64,000 bases of DNA from Eubacteriales bacterium (lineage in GTDB: Bacteria; Bacillota; Clostridia; Oscillospirales; RGIG5299), in the NCBI GenBank assembly GCA_045542315.1, contig JAZQKU010000043.1:3041-67040 (forward strand), in the 5' to 3' direction. The notes under the pieces were generated by a model. It was not told where the DNA came from, did not search any database, and worked only from the letters and a program-made list of their open reading frames with translations. Position 1 is the first letter of the stretch, and each line of letters opens with the position of its first letter. Shown in pieces: positions 19,778 through 27,225 of this stretch. Both the position numbers and the translations under genes were made by a program.

Positions 19778-21520
19778 ATGAAAATGAAAAAACTCATGCT
19801 CGGAAACGACGCCGTCGCAAGAGGACTCTACGAGGGCGGACTTTCTTTTGCCTCAAGCTATCCCGGTACCCCTTCAACCGAAATAACCGAGGCAATAGCA
19901 AAATACGATGAAATATACAGCGAATGGGCGCCCAACGAAAAGGTTGCGGCGGAAGCGGCATTCGGTGCAAGCGTTGCGGGAGCAAAAAGCTTTTGCGCAA
20001 TGAAGCACGTAGGTCTTAACGTTGCGGCAGACCTTTTATATACCGCATCATATACCGGCGTTAACGGTGGCTTCGTAATCGCCGTAGCCGATGATCCCGG
20101 AATGCACTCCTCCCAGAACGAGCAGGACAGCCGTCATCACGCTATCGCCTCAAAGGCAATGATGATAGAGCCCTCCGATTCGGCAGATTGCCTTAATTTC
20201 GCAAAGGATGCGCTTTATCTTTCCGAAAAGTTCGATACCCCCGTTATCCTTCGTCTTTCAACGAGAGTTTCTCACTCGCAGTCTATCGTTGAAATCGGCG
20301 AAAGAGGAAACGCCGATAAGAAAAAATACGAGAAAAACATAGGCAAATTCGTTATGATGCCCGGCAACGCCATCAAGCGTCACGTTGACGTTGAAAACCG
20401 CCTTGTTGAAATAAGAAAATGGTCCGAAAGCTGTAAGCTCAACAAAACCGAGTTAAACGGCTCGAAGATAGGCGTTATCACCGCGGGCATTTCATATCAG
20501 TATGCGAAGGAAGCACTCGGCGATTCTGCCGACTATCTGAAGCTCGGCGTTGTCAATCCGCTTCCCGTAGATATAATCAAAAGCTTCTGCGAAAGCCACG
20601 AGACCGTATGGGTGCTTGAGGAGCTTGACGATATAATCGAGACCCATTGCAGAAAGCTGGGCCTTTCGGTAAAGGGTAAGGAATTCTTCTCCCTTCGCGG
20701 CGAATACACCGCAACCGAGATAAAGAAGGTCATAAAGGGAGAGATAACCGAAACGGTAAAGGCTCCCGAGGCGGCTCCCGTCCGTCCTCCGGTAATGTGC
20801 CCCGGCTGCCCCCACAGAGGCGTGTTCTACGTGCTTTCAAAGCTTAAGCTCTACGTCAGCGGCGATATCGGCTGCTACACCCTCGGCGCCGCCGCTCCTC
20901 TTTCGGCAATCGACACCACAATATGCATGGGCGCTTCGGTTTCAATGCTTCACGGCTTCAATATTGCAAACGGTGCGGCAAACGAAAAGGTGAAGTCGGT
21001 TGCGGTAATCGGCGATTCGACCTTCATGCATTCGGGCATAACCGGACTTATCGATATTGCCTACAACAGAAGCAACTCCACCGTAATAATTCTCGATAAC
21101 TCAATAACCGGTATGACGGGTCATCAGCAGAACCCCACGACCGGCAAAAACATAAAGGGAGATCCCACGGCTGCCGTTTCGCTTGAAGCGCTTGTGAAAT
21201 CCATCGGCATCGAGCTCGTTTCAATAGTCGATCCCTTCGATATAAAAACTCTCGAAACAACGATAAAGGAATACACCGCCCTCGATACTCCCTCGGTGAT
21301 CATCTGCCGCCGTCCCTGCGCGCTTCTTAAATACGTAAAGCCCTCGGCTCCCGTATCCATCGATGCGAAAAAGTGCGTAAGCTGCGGAATGTGTCTCAAG
21401 GCAGGCTGTCCCGCAATAGTTAAGAAAGACGGCAAAATGCAGATAAACCACGTGCTTTGCACAGGCTGCGGTCTTTGCGAAAAGATATGCGCACTCGGCG
21501 CCATCGGTAAGGAGGCATAA
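19778..21520 (+). CDS. iorA: indolepyruvate ferredoxin oxidoreductase subunit alpha
   Basis: 580 aa with TPP-binding GDSTFMHSG and a C-terminal 2x CxxCxxCxxxC motif. Confidence 0.9.
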   Translation: MKMKKLMLGNDAVARGLYEGGLSFASSYPGTPSTEITEAIAKYDEIYSEWAPNEKVAAEAAFGASVAGAKSFCAMKHVGLNVAADLLYTASYTGVNGGFVIAVADDPGMHSSQNEQDSRHHAIASKAMMIEPSDSADCLNFAKDALYLSEKFDTPVILRLSTRVSHSQSIVEIGERGNADKKKYEKNIGKFVMMPGNAIKRHVDVENRLVEIRKWSESCKLNKTELNGSKIGVITAGISYQYAKEALGDSADYLKLGVVNPLPVDIIKSFCESHETVWVLEELDDIIETHCRKLGLSVKGKEFFSLRGEYTATEIKKVIKGEITETVKAPEAAPVRPPVMCPGCPHRGVFYVLSKLKLYVSGDIGCYTLGAAAPLSAIDTTICMGASVSMLHGFNIANGAANEKVKSVAVIGDSTFMHSGITGLIDIAYNRSNSTVIILDNSITGMTGHQQNPTTGKNIKGDPTAAVSLEALVKSIGIELVSIVDPFDIKTLETTIKEYTALDTPSVIICRRPCALLKYVKPSAPVSIDAKKCVSCGMCLKAGCPAIVKKDGKMQINHVLCTGCGLCEKICALGAIGKEA

Positions 21521-21523
21521 GAA

Positions 21524-22090
21524 ATGGGAAATATAATGATAGTCGGCGTAGGCGGTCAGGGAACCCTTCTTGCCTCACGCATACTCGGAAACGTTTTTCT
21601 TGCAGAGGGCTACGACGTCAAGGTGAGCGAGGTTCACGGAATGAGCCAGCGCGGCGGTTCGGTAGTTACCTACGTTAAATACGGCAAGGAAGTCTTTTCA
21701 CCCATAATAGAAAAGGGCGGAGCCGATATAATTCTGGCTTTTGAAAAGCTCGAGGCTCTCCGCTACTGTGAATATCTCAAAAAGGGCGGCAGACTTATTG
21801 CAAATATTCAGGAAATAGACCCCATGCCCGTAATTACGGGTGCGGCAAAATACCCCGAGAATATAATCGAAAAGCTTGAGGCGCTCGGTCAGTCGGTAAC
21901 CGCGGTTGACGCGCTTGCTCTTGCAAACGAGGCGGGCAACGCCAAAGCTATCAACGTAGTACTTCTCGGTGTCGGAGCAAAAAGCTCCGAGATCAAAAAG
22001 GAAAAATGGATAGAGGCAATAAAGGCAACGGTGCCCGCAAAGCTTCTTGATATTAACCTTAAAGCATTCGAGCTCGGATATAATTATTGA
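21524..22090 (+). CDS. iorB: indolepyruvate oxidoreductase subunit beta
   Basis: 188 aa, N-terminus IMIVGVGGQGTLLASRILG, 3 nt after iorA. Confidence 0.88.
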   Translation: MGNIMIVGVGGQGTLLASRILGNVFLAEGYDVKVSEVHGMSQRGGSVVTYVKYGKEVFSPIIEKGGADIILAFEKLEALRYCEYLKKGGRLIANIQEIDPMPVITGAAKYPENIIEKLEALGQSVTAVDALALANEAGNAKAINVVLLGVGAKSSEIKKEKWIEAIKATVPAKLLDINLKAFELGYNY

Positions 22091-22106
22091 TAGAGAGGTA
22101 AAGAAG

Positions 22107-22541
22107 ATGTCGATAATTCAGCTTTCAACCTTTTTGGAAAACTCCCCCGGCAGACTTTGCGGAATAACCCGCGTGCTTCGTGAGAACGGCATTGATATAA
22201 GAAGCCTTTGCATTTCGGAGACCACCCGCTACGGTGTTTTGAGAATGATAGTAAAGGAACCCGAAAAGGCTGCGGCTGTTCTTAAGGAAAACGGCTTTTC
22301 GGTAACCGAAAACAAGGTCGTTGCCGTTATGGTCGATGATGCTCCCGGAGGTCTTAACGCCCTTTTGGAGGCGTTTGACAAAACGGGCCTTTCCATTGAG
22401 TATATGTACGATTTCGTAGGCAGAGCAAAGGGAAATAAGGCCTGCGTGGTATTCAAGGCCTCATCAAACGACACTGCGGAAAAGATCTGCACCGAAAACG
22501 GTCTTACCGTTATCACCGCCGACGATATAAAAGAGCTTTAA
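22107..22541 (+). CDS. ACT domain-containing protein
   Basis: 144 aa with two ACT-like halves (LSTFLENSPGRL..., VAVMVDDAPGGL...). ATG 22107 follows AGAGAGG. Confidence 0.75.
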   Translation: MSIIQLSTFLENSPGRLCGITRVLRENGIDIRSLCISETTRYGVLRMIVKEPEKAAAVLKENGFSVTENKVVAVMVDDAPGGLNALLEAFDKTGLSIEYMYDFVGRAKGNKACVVFKASSNDTAEKICTENGLTVITADDIKEL

Positions 22542-22569
22542 TTTCAAAAAACAAAAATCCGAATGCCAA

Positions 22570-22597
22570 GGCGTTGTGTTCCTAAGGACACAACGCC
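22570..22597 (+). terminator. 10-bp GC-rich hairpin after the ACT gene
   Basis: GGCGTTGTGT / ACACAACGCC stem. There is no clear T-run. Confidence 0.35.
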
Positions 22598-22600
22598 AAC

Positions 22601-22772
22601 TCTATTCGCCTTCGGCGAGTTATATTGCTTCGCAGTGATATTCGGCTTACGCCGAGTGGTATTCGCTACGCGAGTTTAGGAGGCGAATAGAATATCACTG
22701 CAAGGCGAAGCCCCTGCAATATCACTTTTGCGGTAGCAAAAATATAACGCTGTCGAAGACAGCATATCACTC
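22601..22772. repeat. array of short hairpin units followed by their inverted copies (compound imperfect palindrome)
   Basis: Four tandem units ATTsGsC-(3-4 nt loop)-GsCsAGT start at 22604, 22624, 22640 and 22661. Reverse-orientation copies follow (GGCGAATA, GAATATCACTGC, GCAATATCAC, GCATATCACT). Confidence 0.6.
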
Positions 22773-22915
22773 AAAACAATCAGGAAGAGCGCACTTACTC
22801 ACCACCAACGGCGGTAGTGCTAATGCAAAAAGCCGATACGGAAATAAATCCATATCGGCTTTTTGACTGTCCTTTAGCACCCGTGGCTAAACGGGTGGAG
22901 ATTTTTTTGTATTTT

Positions 22916-22956
22916 TGCACAAATCGGCCCCTCGTTTTTTGTGCAAGGTGCACAAA
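22916..22956. promoter_or_regulatory. TGCACAAA half-site plus 19-bp palindrome TTTGTGCA-AGG-TGCACAAA
   Basis: Half-site at 22916-22923. Perfect 8-bp arms at 22938-22945 / 22949-22956, 25 bp upstream of the -35 box. Confidence 0.45.
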
Positions 22957-22980
22957 CATTCCGAGGAATACAAAAATGCG

Positions 22981-23009
22981 TTGACGGGTGGGGGGTAGCG
23001 TGTTATAAT
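22981..23009 (+). promoter_or_regulatory. sigma-A type promoter with extended -10
   Basis: TTGACG, 17 bp spacer, TGT-TATAAT. Confidence 0.55.
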
Positions 23010-23069
23010 GGAAATGGAGAGAAATGGTATCATTTTTCTTAAAATGCTTTTTCAAAGGAGGAAACCATT

Positions 23070-24131
23070 ATGAAAAAATTACTTACATTATTAACCGCGC
23101 TTATTTTGCTTTTCGGAATCACTGCCTGCACGGTAACGGAAAACAGTTCAAGTGAGCCTCCTGCATCGAGCGAGCCGCCCGCAAGCTCCGACGTTACCTC
23201 CTCCGAGCCGCCCGCAAGCTCTGTTGTTACGCCGAGCAATCTTCCCTTCGTTCCCGAAACGAATATGGGAGAATTCGGAAGAAGCGTTTGGGCTTTTGAT
23301 AATTGCACAAATGTTGTTTGGGAAAACGAAGAAGTGTATTTTATTTTTGAAAACACCGTTTTTTCACTTACAAAAAAGATATATAAAAGCGATAATGGGT
23401 TACTGTCCGATTTGCTTTTATTTGATGGATATCTTTATTTTGAAGAGGAAGTCGATGGGAACAGCTCCTTGGTAAAAATTAAAACAGACGGAAGCGATAA
23501 AACTGTTTTGTGCGAAAAAAGCGGATTTATTTATAATCTGTTTATTTATGAAGGATATTTGCATTATAAATATTCCGCAAGCAGCTATGACACTTGTCAT
23601 AAAATCAAATTAGACGGAAGCGAGCCTGAACAAAAAGCAAGCAACTTTTTCCCTTTGGGAAACGGTTGGATTTATAAGCCGGGAAAGATAGATGCCGATT
23701 TTCTCCATGGACCGGGACAGTTGATCTGTGGCGATGAAGTCTTTGAGGAAGACGATGTTTGTCCGAGGTGGCGATACGTTTTCTTCAAGGAAAACTTTTG
23801 CTATTATGACGGGGACTTGAATCAGTTTGTTTTTTACAACATAAGAAACACTGAAAACAAAACGGCCGTGGCAGTTTCGGATGTCTTGGTGCGCTCGCCG
23901 GGGTGGGAATTTTCATTTATCGGAAACTGGATTTTCTACATCAATAAAAACTTCGAGCTTTGCAAAATAGATATAGAAGGCAACGGCTACGAGGTGCTTA
24001 CAACGGAAAAGGTTACGCAATTCGAGGTCTGCGGAGAATGGATACTTTGCTTCACAACTCACGATTTTGTAACGAATAACGGCGTTAGCCTCGTTAAATA
24101 TGACGGCACCGAAAATAAATTTATCGGCTGA
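23070..24131 (+). CDS. lipoprotein with DUF5050-like beta-propeller
   Basis: Lipobox LLFGITAC, an SSEPPASS x3 linker, and repeated ...YLYF...LVKIKTDGSDKTVL / HKIKLDGSEPEQ blades. Confidence 0.65.
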   Translation: MKKLLTLLTALILLFGITACTVTENSSSEPPASSEPPASSDVTSSEPPASSVVTPSNLPFVPETNMGEFGRSVWAFDNCTNVVWENEEVYFIFENTVFSLTKKIYKSDNGLLSDLLLFDGYLYFEEEVDGNSSLVKIKTDGSDKTVLCEKSGFIYNLFIYEGYLHYKYSASSYDTCHKIKLDGSEPEQKASNFFPLGNGWIYKPGKIDADFLHGPGQLICGDEVFEEDDVCPRWRYVFFKENFCYYDGDLNQFVFYNIRNTENKTAVAVSDVLVRSPGWEFSFIGNWIFYINKNFELCKIDIEGNGYEVLTTEKVTQFEVCGEWILCFTTHDFVTNNGVSLVKYDGTENKFIG

Positions 24132-24135
24132 TAAA

Positions 24136-24171
24136 CCCCCCCCCGCCCCATTCGAGGCGGGGGTATTTTTT
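24136..24171 (+). terminator. rho-independent terminator
   Basis: CCCCCGCC / GGCGGGGG stem followed by TATTTTTT. Confidence 0.7.
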
Positions 24172-24260
24172 GCTTACCGCGGCGATTTTCACCTTCTTCC
24201 CTTCTTTTTCATATACTGAAAAAGACAGCGATGTCAGACCAAAAACAAAGGAGAAGGATA

Positions 24261-24611
24261 ATGGATTACAAAGCATTTTTCGAGAGCGACGATTACGCCT
24301 GCTCGAAAACGAAAAAGCAAGGCGCGGAAGCCGATGGCAACTTTTTTACCGCTGCTCCCGTCTTCAAGCCGATGACCGAGGCACAGCCGTCAAAAAATGA
24401 ATGCGGCCCCGTAAGATCGCCCGAAACAACGGCGCGGGTGACCCTTTCAATGGAGCTTGACAGAGAGGGTCTTCCTCTTGCGATAGCCTACGTTCCCATG
24501 CAGGCGTGGCGTGAAGTTTACGAGCCCGAAATTGCGATCACACGGGCAACTGTTTTTAAAGAGCTTGACAAGCCGTTTTGTTTAGAGGAGGCAAAAAACC
24601 GTGGACGATAG
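24261..24611 (+). CDS. cotJA: spore coat-associated protein CotJA
   Basis: LAIAYVPMQAWREVYEPEIAITRATVFKELDKPF matches the CotJA domain. ATG 24261 follows AAGGAGAAGG. Confidence 0.85.
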   Translation: MDYKAFFESDDYACSKTKKQGAEADGNFFTAAPVFKPMTEAQPSKNECGPVRSPETTARVTLSMELDREGLPLAIAYVPMQAWREVYEPEIAITRATVFKELDKPFCLEEAKNRGR

Positions 24612-24843
24612 AACCTTACTTACCCGAAAAATTATGGCTTACAGTATGGCGGCAGAGGATTCCCGCCTTTTTCTCGACACTCACCCCAACTGCGATGCGG
24701 CGCTCGATTACTACAATATGAGCCTTAAGAAAAAGATGGAATATTTAAAGGAATACGAGAGCACCTTCGGTGCGATGTCGCAATCGAGCGTTCAAAACGG
24801 CAGATATTCGTGGATAAGCACCCCCTGGCCGTGGCAGATATGA
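24601..24843 (+). CDS. cotJB: spore coat protein CotJB
   Basis: IMAYSMAAEDSRLFLDTHPNCDAALDYYN is the CotJB signature. GTG start follows GAGGAGG and overlaps cotJA by 11 nt. Confidence 0.85.
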   Translation: MDDRTLLTRKIMAYSMAAEDSRLFLDTHPNCDAALDYYNMSLKKKMEYLKEYESTFGAMSQSSVQNGRYSWISTPWPWQI

Positions 24844-24863
24844 GAGAAAGGAAGGTATTTTGA

Positions 24864-25061
24864 ATGTTTTTATATGAAAAAAGGCTCCAGTATCCCGTGA
24901 GAATAAAAAATCCGAATCCCAACACCGCAAAGCTCGTTATTTCGGCATTCGGAGGCCCCGACGGCGAGCTCGGCGCCTCGATGAGATATCTTTCACAGCG
25001 CTTTACCGCGTCGCAGGGCGAGGTGATCGGCACCCTTACCGACGTTGGTATTGAAGAATAA
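24864..25061 (+). pseudogene. cotJC: cotJC (Mn-catalase family spore coat protein), 5' fragment, interrupted after codon 62
   Basis: MFLYEKRLQYPVRIKNPNP...GELGASMRYLSQRF...TDVG, then IEE-stop read from the element sequence. Confidence 0.85.
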
Positions 25062-25072
25062 AATTGTTTATG
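25047..25072 (+). other. attL-like junction (GGTA core plus inner 16-bp arm)
   Basis: GGTA at 25047-25050 is shared with 30593-30596. The arm AATAAAATTGTTTATG at 25057-25072 matches 12/16 with the reverse complement of 30575-30590. Confidence 0.6.
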
Positions 25073-25079
25073 ATATAAT
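25051..25079 (+). promoter_or_regulatory. element-borne promoter reading into the small ORF and recombinase
   Basis: TTGAAG (the first 6 nt of the element), 17 bp spacer, TGA-TATAAT extended -10 (25071-25079). Confidence 0.4.
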
Positions 25080-25101
25080 AGTAACACAAGGAGGGGTTAC
25101 T

Positions 25102-25431
25102 ATGAGTTATTACAATTATAGACACAACATAAAAACTAGATTAAAACACTTCTGTCGCAACAACTTGACGAAAGAACAAGCACAAAGTTTGCTATTGTTC
25201 TTTATGGATAACAAAGAGTTATTTTCCCGTTTATGCCAAGCATACAATGAATATAAAGTAAGTTGTGGCAGGGAGTATTTATGTGTGATAACCAATTTAG
25301 ATGCTTTGTTTAAAAACACCGAAGCAGAAGAAGCGTTCATAAAGGAAATTAAAACTTACATAATGGACGTAATTGGTATCAAAAGAGAGGATGTTGAAAA
25401 TGGCACAGATACAGATAATAGAGCCGAATAA
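25102..25431 (+). CDS. small hypothetical protein upstream of the recombinase (candidate directionality factor)
   Basis: 109 aa, AAGGAGGGG RBS, overlaps the recombinase start by 32 nt. No family recognised. Confidence 0.55.
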   Translation: MSYYNYRHNIKTRLKHFCRNNLTKEQAQSLLLFFMDNKELFSRLCQAYNEYKVSCGREYLCVITNLDALFKNTEAEEAFIKEIKTYIMDVIGIKREDVENGTDTDNRAE

Positions 25432-27145
25432 AACAACCCTCAAAACTGACGACAACAAACCGCATAGGGTCTGCGCGTACTGCCGTGTATCGACAGACGA
25501 TACCGACCAAAAGAACTCTCTTGTGGCACAAAAGCAATTTTTCGCAAGGTATTTTAATCTTCATTCAAATTGGACTAATGTTGGCATATTTGCAGATGAA
25601 GGCCTTTCGGGAACCTCTCTTGAAAAAAGAGATGATTTCAACCGAATGTTATTTGAAGCCAGACACGGAAACATTGACATTATTCTTACAAAGGAAGTTT
25701 CCCGTTTTTCCCGTAATGTTCAGCATCTCTTGAATATCGTTGAAGAATTACGGAACAAGGGTGTTTATATTTGGTTTTTGTCTGACGACATAAACACCGA
25801 GAAACATGACTATCGAGAGAAATTGACACAGATAGCAACCAATGCCGAACAAGAGAGTTTAAGAACTTCTCGCCGTGTTCGTTGGGGGCAGCAACAACAA
25901 ATGCAACTCGGTGTCATTTTCGGTCGTAAAGAAATGTACGGGTATAATATCGTCAAGGATGACAACGGCATACAACATTTTGAAATCATACCCGAAGAAG
26001 CCGAAGTCATTAAAAAGATTTTTGAGTGGTTCGCAAGTGGCGAGGGTACTCACCGAATTAGCAGACGATTAGAGCAACAAGGTATCACTACCAAGCAATA
26101 TAAAAACGGGTGGAGTAATACTGTAATTCTTCGCATATTGCGGAACGAAAAATATGTGGGCGACTTGGCACAGGGCAAAACCTACACCCCCGACCCACTC
26201 ACCCACAAAAAGAAATACAACACGGGGCAATCATACCGATTTTATATAACCGACCACCACCCCGAAAGTGCTATTATTGACCGAGATTTATGGAACAAGG
26301 TGCGAACGATTTTAGAAGAAAAAGCACCGAGCGAAGAAATTAAGGCAAAGCACTCAAACCGCTATTGGACAAGCGGCAAGGTGTATTGTGGTTTATGTGG
26401 TGGCAGATATGTCAGTTATGTGAAGAAACAAAAGAACACCCCTTATCGTGCTTGGGTGTGCTTTGAAAATCACCAAAGGGGCAATTACAAGCAAATAACA
26501 CTTGATACGGGCGATACTGCACTTGTGGGTTGTAATGCTCTGCGAGTAAATGACAGAGTGCTAAAAACGGCAGTTCACGATATTATTACTGCATATATCA
26601 TCCCTTATAGAGAAACTTTGCTCAACGAAATGAAAAAGGAAATTGCCGAACTGTCAAAACCCAAAGACAATACCAAGCAGATAGAAAAACTACAAACGGC
26701 ACTTGAAAAGAAGCAAGGCGAAATCTCAAAGCTCACTTTGGGTTGGTCGGGTGGCTCGGTGCCTGATATTGCCTATTATTCAAGCATAGGGACACTTAAC
26801 AAGCAATATGAAGATTTACAAACACAACTCCGTAAAATGCAAGAACAAGGCAATTCTGCGAGTGCAGAGATACAAATATATACCGAGTATATAGAACAGC
26901 TTGAGTCTGTGCTCTCTCTTTCCGAGAACGACTTAAACGAGGCATTTTACGAAAGGGTTACAAAGCAGATTTTTGTTTATCCCCTTAATCTGTTGGAGTT
27001 TCGTTTGTCATTTATCCCAATGCCGATTTATATGCAATATAAGACATCAGGCAGAGGCGACGATTACACGGCAGAGTTCACTATCCTATCAAAAGAACAG
27101 TTTGCAGAACTGCTTGAAACTGCACCTAAAAACGAAATTGACTAA
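25400..27145 (+). CDS. large serine recombinase (SpoIVCA/SprA/TndX-like)
   Basis: YCRVSTDD catalytic Ser motif, resolvase core (LTKEVSRFSRN), recombinase domain, zinc ribbon (CGLCGGRY...WVCFENH) and a C-terminal coiled coil. Confidence 0.9.
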   Translation: MAQIQIIEPNKTTLKTDDNKPHRVCAYCRVSTDDTDQKNSLVAQKQFFARYFNLHSNWTNVGIFADEGLSGTSLEKRDDFNRMLFEARHGNIDIILTKEVSRFSRNVQHLLNIVEELRNKGVYIWFLSDDINTEKHDYREKLTQIATNAEQESLRTSRRVRWGQQQQMQLGVIFGRKEMYGYNIVKDDNGIQHFEIIPEEAEVIKKIFEWFASGEGTHRISRRLEQQGITTKQYKNGWSNTVILRILRNEKYVGDLAQGKTYTPDPLTHKKKYNTGQSYRFYITDHHPESAIIDRDLWNKVRTILEEKAPSEEIKAKHSNRYWTSGKVYCGLCGGRYVSYVKKQKNTPYRAWVCFENHQRGNYKQITLDTGDTALVGCNALRVNDRVLKTAVHDIITAYIIPYRETLLNEMKKEIAELSKPKDNTKQIEKLQTALEKKQGEISKLTLGWSGGSVPDIAYYSSIGTLNKQYEDLQTQLRKMQEQGNSASAEIQIYTEYIEQLESVLSLSENDLNEAFYERVTKQIFVYPLNLLEFRLSFIPMPIYMQYKTSGRGDDYTAEFTILSKEQFAELLETAPKNEID

Positions 27146-27151
27146 CTGAAA

Positions 27152-27180
27152 TTGTTTTTTGAATCGGATTATGATATAAT
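27152..27180 (+). promoter_or_regulatory. extended -10 promoter of the phosphorylase gene
   Basis: TTGTTT, 17 bp spacer, TGA-TATAAT. It shares the 13-mer TTATGATATAATA with 25068-25080. Confidence 0.4.
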
Positions 27181-27225
27181 ACAACTAACTGATAAATAAG
27201 AATTTGTGCCTTGGAGGAAATTTGT

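Noticed and set aside
22795-23356. Minus-strand ORFs 22795-23055 and 23039-23356
   Set aside because: They span terminators, palindromes and the promoter of the lipoprotein gene, or lie antisense to that gene's repetitive SEPPASS linker. They have no RBS or motif.
24170-24260. Tried to assign a sigma-E or sigma-K promoter upstream of cotJA (for example TTCATATACTG at about 24207-24217)
   Set aside because: The resemblance to the -10 CATACA-T consensus is only partial and there is no convincing -35 box. I cannot support a call without a scoring matrix or expression data.
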